Shown here in pieces: positions 43,936-62,742 of a DNA stretch of 64,000 bases (its first letter is position 1; each line of letters begins with the position of its first letter). The notes beneath the pieces are model-generated. The model saw only the letters and a program-made list of their open reading frames with translations. It had not been told where the DNA came from and ran no database searches. This DNA comes from the human T2T-CHM13v2.0 reference genome, Homo sapiens, in the NCBI RefSeq assembly GCF_009914755.1, contig NC_060938.1. One strand, 5' to 3'. The position numbers and the translations under genes are program-made.

Positions 43936-45163
43936 TGAGAGGTGACAACGTGCTAGCAGTCCTCGCTCTCTCTCCGCGCCTCCTCGGCCTCGGCGTCCAC
44001 TCTGGCCGCGCTCAAGCAGTGGCCGCGCTCAAGGACCCCTTCAGCCGTCCGCTGCGCTGGAGGGGTCCCACTATGGGACTGGCCGAGGCCGCAGCCGGCT
44101 CCCTCTCCTCGCAGGGAGGTGTGGAGAGAAAGGCGCGGGCGGGAGCCGGTGCTGCACGCGGTGCTCACGGGCCGGCGCCGGTTCCGGGTGGGCGCTGGGC
44201 TAGGCGGGCCCGCACTCGGAGCGGCCGGCCGCGCCACCGGCCACCAGCAGTAAGGGGCTTAGCACCGGGGCCAGCAGCTGCGGAGGGTGCCCCGGCTCCC
44301 CCAGCACGGCAGGCCCGCCCGCGCCGCGATCGAATTCTCGCCGCGCCTCACCCGCCTCCCCGCAGGGCAAGGCTCGGGACCTGCAGCCCACCATGCTTGA
44401 GCCCCCTCACCGTTGGCTCCCGCGCGGCTGGAGCCTCCCCGACGGGCGCCGCCCCCTGCTCCACGACGGCCGGACCCATGGACCGCGGAAGGGCTGAGAA
44501 GTGCGGGCGTGGGGCGTGTGTCCGGCTGGCAGCTCCGCCAGCGGACCTACACCAGACCCACTAGGGAAGCCAGCTGGGTTCCTGAGTGGGGTGGGCACTT
44601 GGAGAACTTTTATGTCTAGCTAAAGGTTTGTAAATGCACCAATCAGCACTTTGTGTCTATCTCAAGGTTTGTAAACGCACCAATCAGCACCCTGTGTCTA
44701 GCTCAAAGTTTGTAAACGCACCAATCAGTGCTCTGTGTCTAGCTAATCTAGTGGGGACTTGGAGAACTTCCTTGTCTAGCTAAAGGATTATAAATGCACC
44801 AATCAGTACTCTGTGTCTCGCTCAAGGTTTGTAAACGCACCAATCAGCACCCTGTCAAAATGGGCCAATCAGCTCTCTGTAAAATGGGCCAATCAGCTCT
44901 CTGTAAAATGGGCCAATCAGCTCTCTGTAAAATAGACCAATCAGCAGGATGTGGGTGGGGTCAGATAAGGGAATAAAAGCAGGCAGCTGGTTTTTGTCCT
45001 CTTCCAGGCTGTGGAAATTTTGTTTTTTTGCAGTTTGCAGTAATCTTCCTGTTGCTCGCTTTTTGGGTCCGTGCTGCCTTTATGGGCTCTAACACTTACC
45101 ATGAAGGTTTGCAGCTTCAGTCCTGAAACCAGCAACACCAGGAACCCACCAACTCCGGACACA
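43936..45163 (+). mobile_element. LTR12-family (ERV9) solo LTR
   Basis: Starts tgagaggtgacaacgtgctagcagtcctc and ends aactccggacaca. 4-bp TSD GTAC. CpG-rich U3 and tandem CCAATCAGC repeats. Confidence 0.93.
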
Positions 45164-45364
45164 GTACTATTTCTTCTACCCCCAAAGCCTAACTGCCATT
45201 ATTTCTACTAGAATGCTATAAGCCTTACATTTAAAGATAAAAAATTTTCAAACACCTTCAAATTTTAAGAAAATATGTCACAGCTAAAGTAATCCACACA
45301 AATTAACCTCAATTTTTTTCTCTTTCTGATAATAGGGAATATGTGAGAGGGTCACTTGGGATAA

Positions 45365-45710
<346 letters not shown>

Positions 45711-45821
45711 CTTCTTTAAGCACTTGGTAAATGTCCGCTGGAATTCTGAAGGAAAAGGACTGATTCCCAGCTCCTGCAGTATTCTTCAAAAACACTAGGT
45801 GGTAGAAGCTCCACGGCATAG

Positions 45822-46203
<382 letters not shown>

Positions 46204-46649
46204 TATTAACTTACTTTATAATTTGGGTGATGCGAGCAAATTTTCCTTCTGTTCTGTGATACTACCTACTCATAAGTCGGGGGAAATATACAACCAAGAT
46301 GCGTTTGATAAAGTTGGCTGTGCTCTCTGCCAACATTCCCGCTAAAATATTATTTGTAAACTGACCCCTGGGGTTTCTTCACCTATTTCCTCCCAACCCT
46401 CATGGCTTCTGAAATTTCCCCCTCTTCCTTCAGCTCTCTTTTTGAGAAGGCTTAGGAATTTTATCCTCAGCAAGCTTATAAAATGCCAGAAGACCTAATT
46501 TAGGATTGTCCTTTTTCACCCAGGAAAAAGACTGGATTTGCAGACTAAGTGAATCATGCTATATGATCAATGAATTATCTCTTTTATCATTAGTTCTTGA
46601 TTGATTGTGTTTTCAGGCTGTCGAGGAAAGGCAAGAATATGGCAGTTAA

Positions 46650-46864
46650 ATCCGGATTTTGAAGTTAGATTGCCTGGATTCAAATCCAGGCTCAGTCATG
46701 GGCTGTGTAGCTTTGGGCATGTGACTTAACCTATTTGTTTCCTCACTGTAAAGTGGAGATAATACTAGAATATATCTCATAAGGTTGTAGTGAGGATTAA
46801 ATGAATTACTATATATAGCACTTACTGCCTGACACATAGTAAGCACTATGAAAGTGCTAGCTGC
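46650..46864 (+). mobile_element. MIR
   Basis: ctggattcaaatccaggctc...gtgaggattaaatga...cacatagtaagcact. Confidence 0.8.
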
Positions 46865-47378
46865 TGAGGCAGGAGAATAGGGAATTAGGGTAACCAAGGG
46901 TTAATGCATAAGCAAAAGAACAGCAGGCGCAGATAGTTCTAGGCAAGATTAGGCAGCATACAGGCTACATCTTGGCTCCTGTGATAACAAGACAGAAGTT
47001 TCCGCTTCAATCTGTGATTGACTGCAGGGCAAGCCTCCACTTCAGCCTCTGGTTGGTCGTAGGCCAATCCTTCATAGGGTGTAACCAACTGGAGGCCTCC
47101 AAATGTTATGTAGGGGTGTTGCCCATGTTCTTTTGGCTTTATAAAAACCTTGGGGAGCATTTCAGTAGCGGGACTCTTGAGCTGCCTCTTGAAGCCCATT
47201 CCCAGTCTGTGGAATGTACTTTCACTACAATGAATCTGTGTTTTCATTACTCTATTCTTTTGTTGCTTTGTCTTTTGTTGTTTCTTTCTTTTGTTACTTT
47301 GTGTATTTTGTTCAATTCTTTGTTCAACACGCCAAGAACCTGGACAATTCACAGTTAAGAACTTCCCACCCAGTAACA
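46865..47378 (+). mobile_element. ERV1-class solo LTR (MER4 group)
   Basis: Starts tgaggcaggagaatagggaattagggtaacc and ends cagtaaca. CCAAT and TATAAAA (~47140). Confidence 0.75.
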
Positions 47379-47729
47379 TTACCATTATGGATTCCTCTTT
47401 CAATATTTTATTAAGAAATTACAGCAAATTAGTGTGTAGTGTTGTTGCAGAAAATTAAATTCTATGCAAATATTTCAAGTTTGTTGGCTGAAAACCATTG
47501 CTGGTATTTCTGTGGAAATGAAGATCACAGAACAAATTACAATGTAAAAATAGTTTTAAAAAGTTAAATACATGAATTAGTTTAAAATGCAAGAACAAAG
47601 CAAAGCAAAAATTTGAAGAGAAAGTGAATAAAGTTTCCTAGACATCAAATGGTAAAATATCCCATATTGTTCCTGTTCAAAATCTTTAACCATTTAACCA
47701 CCAGATACTATCCAAAATTGTTTATCCCC

Positions 47730-48084
47730 CTACCATAGTCTTCAGTGTTTATGTCTGCCCACAATTCATATGTTGAAACTCTCATCCCCAAAATGATGGC
47801 ATTAGGAGGTGGGGCAAGGCAATTAGGTCATGACAGTGGAGCCCTCCTGGATGGGATTAGTGCCCTTAGAAAAAAGACCCAAGAGAGATGCCACACTCCT
47901 ACTACCATGTGAAGGCATAGCAAGATTACGCCTATGAACCAGAAAAAAAGTGTTCTTACCAGAAACCAAATCTGCCTTTATCTTGGACTTCCCAGCCTCC
48001 AGAACTGTGGGAAATAATTTCTGTTGCTTATAAGCTACTCAGTTTATGGTATTTTGTTACAGCAGTCCAAATGAACTAAGATAC
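47730..48084 (+). mobile_element. MLT1A-like LTR
   Basis: caattcatatgttgaaactc...cagcctccagaactgtg...aatgaactaagata. Confidence 0.8.
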
Positions 48085-48088
48085 CACC

Positions 48089-49605
48089 ATGTATACATAC
48101 ACATATACACACTATATATGTGTGTATATACACACACATATACACACTATATATGTGTGTATATACACACACATATACACACTATATATGTGTGTATACA
48201 CACACACATACACACTATATATGTGTGTACACACACACACACATACACACTATATATGTGTGTACACACACACACACATACACACTATATATGTGTGTAC
48301 ACACACACACATACACACTATATATGTGTGTACACACACACACATACACACTATATATGTGTGTACACACACACACATACACACTATATATGTGTGTACA
48401 CACACACACATATACACACTATATATGTGTGTACACACACACACATATACACACTATATATGTGTGTACACACACACACATACACACTATATATGTGTGT
48501 ACACACACACATATACACACTATATATGTGTGTATACACACACACATATACACACTATATATGTGTGTATACACACACACATATACACACTATATATGTG
48601 TGTATACACACACACATATACACACTATATATGTGTGTATACACACACATATACACACTATATATGTGTATACACACACATATACACACTATATATGTGT
48701 GTATTCACACATATACACACTATATATGTGTGTGTATACACACATATACACACTATATATGTGTGTATACACATACACACTATATATGTGTATACATACA
48801 CACACATATACACACTATATGTGTGTATACACACACATATACGCACTATATATGTGTGTATACACACACATATACGCACTATATATGTGTGTATACACAC
48901 ACATATACGCACTATATATGTGTGTATATACACACACATATACGCACTATATATGTGTGTGTATATACACACACATATACGCACTATATATGTGTGTGTA
49001 TATACACACACATAAATACACTATATATGTGTGTGTATATACACACATATATACACTATATATGTGTATGTATACACACATATATACACTATGTGTGTGT
49101 ACACATACATATATACACTGTGTGTGTACACTCACATATATACACTGTGTGTGTACATATATACACTATGTGTGTGTACACTCACATATATACACTGTGT
49201 GTGTACATATATACACTGTGTGTACACTCACATATATACACTGTGTGTGTACACACATATACACTGTGTGTACACACATATATACACTGTGTACACACAC
49301 ATATATACACTATGTACACACACATATATACACTGTGTACACACACACACGCACTGTGTGTGTGTACACGCACACACGCACTGTGTGTGTGTACACGCAC
49401 ACACGCACTGTGTGTGTGTATATACGTATATACACCATATATGTGCGTATATACGTATATAGTGTGTGTACATATGTATATATACACATATAGTGTGTGT
49501 ATATATGACTTTGATATATATTTCTATATGTCTTAGACATATATAGATATACACATATATCTATATATAGACATACACATATACGTATATATAGACATAT
49601 ATGAT
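48089..49605. repeat. ~1.5 kb CA/TA/TG minisatellite, unit of about 30 bp (acacacatatacacactatatatgtgtgtat)
   Basis: Direct reading. The long low-complexity H/T/Y/V/C ORFs on both strands are artefacts of it. Confidence 0.97.
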
Positions 49606-49878
49606 ATTGGTCTTTTAAAATCTGGCTATAAAACTTTTCCCAGACATACTCCTCTATTCAGTGGGAACCACCTACTCTATATAAAATTCTAGGACCCTTG
49701 CCTATTTAAATTCTTAACTCTTCTCAGGGCACACACAAGAATATACTTTATAAGACTTCTTTCCTGATCAGAGACAAAAGTGATTGGTCCATCCTTATTT
49801 ACGTCCTGCCTTACTCAGTAAGATATTTAAATCAGCTTTTGATGTGCATTAAAGCATAAGAAGCTTTTCAATTCTTTA

Positions 49879-50337
<459 letters not shown>

Positions 50338-51157
50338 TTAGAAGAACTGGACAAGATCTAGCAATGTTGATGTCATCCACCCTGGCCCAGCAATTCCACT
50401 TCTAAAAAGCCATTTTGACAAATGCACAAGGCAGTTCATCACATTCATTATTTGTAAAGGCAACGGTCTGAAAACAACTCAAATGTCCATCAGTAGACTA
50501 GTTAAAAACCTATGGTATATCCACACAGCAAAGTGCTGTGCAACTGTAAAAAAGAGTAAGAATGATCTCAATATATTGATATGGAAAAATCTCCAGAACA
50601 TATTAAGTGAAAAAAAGTGTTTTTGTAGTATGCTATCCTTTTTGTAAGAAAATGGAGAAAATGGTATTTTATTTTAAAAATGAAACAATGAAACCAACAT
50701 CTAATAAAAGTTATTACCTATAGAGAAATAAACTGAACATGGTGGAAAAGATGAAAATGCAGAAAAAATTTCTGTGAATGCATCTTGTCATATAGTTTCT
50801 ACTCTAGAGTCAAGTAAATATTATATGTAATTAAAAATTAAATCAAAAAGTATATCCCTAAAAATTAAAAGCTGAATCAAAATAACCTAACTATACATTC
50901 ATTAGGTTATTAACCAAAGAAAAGGATTACTTCATTTGACTCTAAAGCCAGTGTTCGTATCATACATCCTTGTAAAATATAATTTAAGGATGGAATAATA
51001 ACAGTCTTAACTTTTGGTCTTATTATTTATTGGTAGTATTTATAGCTATATCAGTATTGCTAATTTGAAACTATTATACATATGTTGTAAGATAAATCAA
51101 ATAGGTAATTATGTCAATGTTGCTAGACCAATATTTTCAGACTAAAAAAAGATATAT

Positions 51158-51475
51158 GGCCGGGCGCAGTGGCTCACGCCTGTAATCCCAGCACTTTGGG
51201 AGGCCAAGGCAGGTGGATCACGAGGTCAGGAGATGGAGACCATCCTGGCTAACAGGGTGAAACCCCGTTTCTACTAAAAATACAAAAAATTAGCCGGGTG
51301 TGGTGGTGGGCACCTGTAGTCCCAGCTACTCGGGAGGCTGAGGCAGGAGAATGGCATGAATCCAGGAGGCAGAGCTTGGAGGGATTGGAGTGAGCCTAGT
51401 TTGCGCCACTGCACTCCAGCCTTCCAGCCTGGGAGACAGCGAGACTCCGTCTCAAAAAAAAAAAAAAAAAAAAAA
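51158..51475 (+). mobile_element. AluY within old L1M fragments
   Basis: Y diagnostics with TSD aaaaaagatat. Confidence 0.9.
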
Positions 51476-52345
51476 GATATATTAAAATCAAAGCATTTAA
51501 GTAAAAGCCCTTTACCTCTCTCTTAAAAATTAAAAAAATAAAAAATAAAGTATTTCCTGACTCTGCCTACTGAATAGCCTATAAGCAAGGACAAATGAGA
51601 AAGCACCCCTAGCACCCATACTGGGATCTCTAAATACCTTTCCCTAGCAGAAGGTATCATGGGCCCTTAAAGGAATAGGTGATTCTGGATTTGGGGAAGA
51701 AAATGTAAAAGAACTAAAACACAAGGATACCTGAATTTGATACCTGAATTGTGGTTACAGGAGAGAATATCTTTTTTCTTAAGACACATACACTGAAGTA
51801 TTAAAGCATAAAAGGACATAATGTATTCAACTGACTTTCAAATGGCTTGAAAAAAATGAGAAAACATTCTAAAAACAAATGAAGCCAAATGCTCAAAATT
51901 GGTTAATCTTGGAAAAAGTATACAAGAGTTTTAACAACTTTTCTGTATATTTGACAATATTTTAAATTATTTCAAATAATTTAATAATTTGTTGGTACTT
52001 TTTCTTAAAAAAAGAAAGGAAACTTTCAATGGAACTTAGTGGGTATCCACAGGACTAAGATGGACAATTAATTGAAATGCATGTATTGAAACAGATACGT
52101 AAAAATTTTTGGTTTCATGATACTTAATCATCGTTGAAGGTTGCTAGGTCAGCAGTTCATTACTCTGAAGATTGAGAAAGGAATGAATTAAACATTTTCC
52201 CCTGCCATTCTTGTATATAATGTATCTCAGAGTAACCAGATAAGTGATGGATGAGGAAGTGCTTTCCTTTATGGGATTCCAGCTAATAAATGCAGAAGAA
52301 ATGACAGAATTGGAAAAATCACCATTTGTAACTCCTAATGTAGTA

Positions 52346-52426
52346 TTAGGTTTGGTGCAAAAGTAACTGCGGTCTTTGCCGTTACTTTAAAAGGCAAAAA
52401 GCACAATTACATTGGCACCAACCTAA
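52346..52426. mobile_element. MADE1 (Hsmar1-derived MITE)
   Basis: TA-ttaggtttggtgcaaaagtaactgcgg...caattacattggcaccaacctaa-TA, an ~80 bp hairpin element. Confidence 0.9.
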
Positions 52427-53432
52427 TAACAGATCCAGTTGTGGCCATCAAGAGCCGCTAAAACCATCAGGAGAGAGTTTGATGGGGAACTTGATAATGG
52501 AGGGATCAGGTTAACACCTGAAACTCACGCCTAAAAATTAATCCTAACATAACTAAAAGTGAGATAACCAGACATAATATACCTTATGATGCAATGCAAT
52601 AGGAAATATATACTGCATCAATTATGCTTGACAAAAAAAAAGAACATGAATCTAAACAAAAGTCTACATCCACCTATACCAATTAAAAAAAAAAAAAAAC
52701 TAAATCCAGCATGTGGGGCAATCTACTAGGCAAATGGCCTAATTTCCTCAACAAATACATGGCATGAAAAAAAGGGGGTGAGAGGTAGTGACTGGTAGAG
52801 ATTAAAAGGGATTTAAGAGACATAACAGTCAAATACAATGAATAAACCTCATTTAGACCCAGAATTAAAGCAACCAATGGTAATCAAAAAAATTTTTGAG
52901 ATAATCATGGAAGTTTGAATATAGACTAGGTACTAAATATTAACAAAAGTAGTAACTTTTCAGTGTGAATATATTAGTGTGGCTTATAGAAAAGTTTTTT
53001 GTTATTTTTAGAATAAAATTTTAAAGTGTCCTTATCAGTTAGAGAAGCAGCCTCATTTATTTACTGGTTATATCACATGATGTCTGGGATTTTCTTTAAA
53101 ATATTCCAGCAAAAACAAAAGTGGAGTGAATAGATGAAATAGGATTAGCAAAATGTCATTAATAGTTGACGCTGGGAGATGGGTGTGTGAAGGTTTCATT
53201 TCTATTAAAAAGAAAAAAAATAAAAAGCCTGGAAGACATATCAAAACTCACTTGAGCTGTTCTAATACATATTGTCTTCTCATCACACCACTCAATTTTA
53301 CTCCTAGACTTGAGTTCTGGCTCTGCACTGGAGGGTTTTGTTTTTTTTTGTATTCCATTACCAGTCTATTGCTGACTCCTAAAATCTACTCATCACAGTT
53401 TTCCACATTAGAGTTGAAACTTCCACCCCTAT

Positions 53433-53681
53433 CGGGGACTGTTGTGTGGTGGGGGGAGGGGGGAGGGATAGCATTAGGAGATATACCTAATGCTAAATGA
53501 GGAGTTAATGGGTGCAGCACACCAACATGGCACATGTATACATATGTAACAAACCTGCACATTGTGCACATGTACCCTAAAACTTAAAGTGTAAAAAAAA
53601 AAAAACTACTGCAGCAGGAAAAAAAAATCAACAATATAAACATTTTTCTTATTTGCCTGAAAAAAAAAAAAAAAAGAAAAA
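53433..53681 (+). mobile_element. Very short L1PA 3' end with a 3'-transduced segment
   Basis: L1 3'UTR 53433-53592, A tract, 54 bp of unique sequence, second A tail. Perfect 17-bp TSD gaaacttccacccctat. Confidence 0.92.
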
Positions 53682-54189
53682 GAAACTTCCACCCCTATTA
53701 CTGCCGCAAAGGAGAGGACCATCTAGTAATTTTATGAAAGAACCCAAGAGACATAACTAGACCTCTGCCAGACTAGCACTTTTCTCTATTCTCCCTTCCA
53801 GGGGGAAAAAAATCTGAGGTGACTTTTACATTCCTCTAGTGGATTGTGGGATATGTCTTTAAACTCCTTTAAATAACTCCTTTACACCTTCCACCATGTC
53901 TTACACATACTAAACTCTCAATACTGTCAGCTGACCAATTTTACAATGACTTCTGGGTAATGTGAAAGCTATTTCTGCATGCATTAGAATAAAAAGGCAA
54001 AACTAAAAAAGCATCTATGTGGCCAAGAAATCTCAATTTCAATATTTTAATGTGTACTCCATTCAAAATGCATTATTTACATTTTCTGTGTCATCTATAA
54101 TACATTTTAAACACTTCAGGATATGTCTGTTAAGTTCCAACTTCAACTCTAGGAGTTGCTCTCATCAAGAATGCAGTTGACGTCCTTAA

Positions 54190-55030
54190 TATCAAAAGAA
54201 AGGCAATCAGTGTATCAAAAAGATGTCTGCACTCCCATGTTGATTGCAGCACTAGTCACAATAGCCAAGATACAGAATCAATCTAAGTGTGCATCAGTGG
54301 TTGAATGGATAAAATGTGGTACATATGTACAATGGACTATTCAGCCATAAAAAGAATAAAATCCTGTCATCTGAAGCAATAGGATAGAAATGAAGGACAT
54401 TATGTTAAGTGAAATAAGCCAGACAAATATTGCACGCCCTCACTCATATAGGAGCAATAAAAACTTGAACTCATGGAGGAAGAGAATAGAATGATGATTA
54501 CCAGAGACTGGGAAGGGTAGTGGGGAAAAGGGAAAAGAGGGGATGGTTAATGGGTACAAAAATACAGTTAAATGGAATAAGACCTAGTGTTTGGCAACAC
54601 ACACGGGGCCTGTGGGGGGGGACAAAGGAAGGGAGAGCATCAGGATAAGTAACTAACGCATGTGGAGCTTAATACCTAGGTGATGTGTTAATAGGTGCAG
54701 TAAACCACCATGGTACACGTTTACAAATGTAACAAACCTGAGGTCTTCCACATGTATCCTGGAACTTATAATAAAATAATTTTTTTTTTAAAAAAAATCT
54801 AGTGTTCGGTAGCACAATAGGGAAACTATAGTTAACATTAATTTATTGCATATTTCAAAATAACGAAAAGAGTAGAATTGGAATGTTCCTAACACAAGTG
54901 ATAAACGTTTGGGGTGATGGATACCCCAGTTACCCATTTGATCACTGCATATTTTGTATCAAAATACCATCCGTACCCCATAAGTATGTACAACTATTAT
55001 GTATCATAGCAAATTATTTTTATAATTTTT
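54190..55030 (+). mobile_element. L1MA 3' end with a nested older-L1PA 3' fragment (~54601-54797)
   Basis: L1MA 3'UTR motifs. The nested fragment is flanked by ctagtgttYggYaRcac duplications. Confidence 0.75.
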
Positions 55031-55223
55031 TAAAAGACTGGAGTTAACAGGTGGCTAGCTAGCATTCTATCTAGGAAATTCATGCTGAAAGCAACTTCAA
55101 GTACTCCTGTTATCTATCCATAATCTAATCAGTATCCAATGCTTTGTTAATTAGCATATTAAATGTCGGGAGCATTTCTTGGGGAAGTGGCTCATCGACT
55201 ACAATATCAAAAAGTTGCTCTTG

Positions 55224-55540
55224 ACCTGGCATGGTGGCTCTTGCCTATAAATCCAGAAATCCAGCACTTTCAGAGGCCGAGGTGGGAGGATGACTTGAGG
55301 CAAGGAGTTCCAGAACACCCTGGCCAACATAGCGAGACCTCATCTCTACAAAATAAAAATTAAAAAAATTAGCCAGGTGGTGGCCCACACCTGTACTTCC
55401 AGCTACTCAGGAGGCTGAGGCAGTAGGATCATTTGAGTCCAAGAAATGGAGGCTGCAGTGAGTGGCCAAGACTGTGCCACTGCCACTGCACTCTAGCCTG
55501 TGCAACAAAGTGAGACTATCTCAAAAAAAAAAGAAAAAAG
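55224..55540 (+). mobile_element. AluJ
   Basis: Diverged Alu with TSD aaagttRct. Confidence 0.85.
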
Positions 55541-55853
55541 GAAAGTTACTTTTACTCATAAAGACTGAATCCATTCAGGCCTGTAATTTGCCACTTCCTA
55601 AGAAAAGGCACCCAAGTCTCAACTGCTTGTTTCTTTGATTGCTGGTTACCCGATGCTGACCATAAAAGTAATGAAATCCTCTTGGATATTACTATGTCTG
55701 CCTCGAGTAAACCTTTCTTAAAAGGCTGGTTAGAGAATCTAAAAGAACAGAAAGCTGGGACTGCAATGGGCTTACTGAACACTTTTACTCCTGTTATACT
55801 TATGAATGTTTCTTTAGTAAACGTCTGAATGTGTGGCAGAATTTGGCCTATGA

Positions 55854-56160
<307 letters not shown>

Positions 56161-56299
56161 TAAGACATGTTTTCACTGTAACCTGCTAATGAAGATGTAA
56201 AGGAGTGGCTACTCTATGGCTACTACCTATCTATGCATAAAACCCTAAGAGCTGAGCATGACAAAGTTAGCTTGGTTCAGTTCACAATTATCATATGAC

Positions 56300-61013
<4,714 letters not shown>

Positions 61014-61177
61014 TCAAAGTGCAGTTAACCCAAAGTTGCAGCGACAGTATATCATGCCAGCTGAATCCAGCCACGTATCTGAGATAGGATCATATTTCTG
61101 CACTGTATTCAGATAGGAAGACCCTGAGTGACCACCGACGACATAAAGGTAGTTATCGATTACAGCAGCACCAACTC
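61014..61177 (-). CDS. KLHL28: KLHL28 last coding exon (kelch repeat)
   Basis: GVGAAVIDNYLYVVGGHSGSSYLNTVQKYDPISDTWLDSAGMIYCRCNFGLTAL*. Acceptor AG at 61179-61178 and TGA at 61016-61014. Confidence 0.92.
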
Positions 61178-61314
61178 CTAGGAAAGGTTGGCAAAAAGAA
61201 GATAGAAACATGTTAACCATGAAGTATACTTTTTCTCACTAAAAATAAATTTGTATTTTAATGTTTTATTAAAATACATTTTAACAATCTATTATTAATT
61301 ATACAGGCAATATA

Positions 61315-61645
61315 CAGTAGTCCTCCCTTTATCTGAGTTTTTGCTTTCCATGCTTTCAGTTACCTGAAGTCAACCATGACTAGAAAATAGGGAGTACTGT
61401 ACAGTAAGATATTTTGAGGGAGACCACATCCACATAACTTTTATTACAATATATTGTTACAATTGTTCTATTCTATTATTGTTGTTGCTAATCTCTTACT
61501 GCGCCTAATTTACAAACTAAACCTTATCATAGATATATATGTATAGGAAAAAATATTACATATATAGGGTTTGGTACTATCTGCAGTTTCAGTCCACTGG
61601 GGGTCTTGGAATATATATCTCCTGTGGGTATGGGGGGCCTACTGG
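61315..61645. mobile_element. MER44/Tigger7-like DNA transposon
   Basis: cagtagtcctccctttatc...gggggcctactg inverted ends. Confidence 0.7.
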
Positions 61646-62224
61646 AGCAATATGAGCTTGATGGAAAAACAAAATCCTTATAATAAAAGTAAGAGTTACT
61701 GAGGTGAGAGGATGGCTGGAGGCCAAAAGTTTGAGGCAGCGGTGAGCTATGACTGTTCCACTGCACTCCTGCCTGGCTCGACAGCCTAGGACCCTGTCTA
61801 GACACTGAAATAAAATAAATAAAAGCAAGAGTTGAAGTCTTCCTTTACCTCTCCTCTCTAATCCTACTCTTCCTTTCCCTTCACTACAGGAAAATGGAGT
61901 ATATATCTTTCCATAGGCTATTTTTTTTTAATTTCATTTCATTCTAGAAAAATCATTTTATGAGGTTTTCAAATACATTGAAATATTTAAAATATATTAA
62001 ATGACATAATTTATGCTTCTAAAAATTCTACTTTAGATATTATCTTATATAGTTCTAAAAAGAAACAGTTTACTCCAATTTTTAAAGTTCTCATTGTTTC
62101 TGTGGCTTTCCCTCTCAAGGATACAAAAGAAACAAATTATAGTAAACACTAAAACAGTTCATTTCAGCTTGTCTTTTCAGTTTCTCTTGCATGTTTGTTT
62201 CAAAAGGTTCTTTAATCATAAATA

Positions 62225-62742
62225 TAGGTTGAACATCCAATACCCAAAAAATATGAAATCCAAAGTGCTCCAACATTTGAAACTTTTTTTTTTGAGATGG
62301 AGTCTTGCTCTGTCTCCCAGGCTAGAGTGCAGTGGCGCGATCTCGGTTCTAGCGATTCTCATGCCTCAGCCTCCCGAGTAGCTGACACTACAGGCATGTG
62401 CCACCGCACCAGGCTAATTTTTCATTTTTAGTAGAGATGGGGTTTCAACATGTTGCCCAGGCTGGTCTTGAACTCCTGACCTCAAGTGATCCTCCCACTT
62501 CGGCCTCCCAAAGTGCTAGGATTACAGGTGTGAGCCACACCGTGCCTGGCCCAACATCTGAAACTTTTTGAGCACCATATGATGCTCAAAGAAAGTGTTC
62601 ACTTAAGCATTTCACACTTTAGATTTTTGAACTTGGCATGATCAACCTGGTAAGCATAATTCAAATATTCCAAAATCCCAAATCCAAAACCTGAAACACT
62701 TCTGGTCCTAAGCATTTTGGATAGGAAATATTCAATCTGTAT
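62225..62742. mobile_element. Tigger4/MER46-like element with an AluS (62284-62552, -) inserted
   Basis: taggttgaacatcc...ggaaatattcaatctgta ends. Alu TSD aacatYtgaaactttt. Confidence 0.75.

Noticed and set aside
43950-44619. 204-aa and overlapping GC-rich ORFs
   Set aside because: They lie entirely within the GC-rich U3 of LTR12.
44630-44945. Spaced direct repeats superficially like a CRISPR array
   Set aside because: Known LTR12 tandem enhancer repeats in a eukaryotic genome, with no unique spacers or cas genes.
45792-45806. CTCF-like motif cactaggtggtag
   Set aside because: Only a partial match, not supportable without ChIP data.
48046-49554. Long ORFs (up to 496 aa) rich in H/T/Y/I/V/C
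   Set aside because: These are translations of a stop-poor dinucleotide minisatellite, open in most frames. They are not genes.
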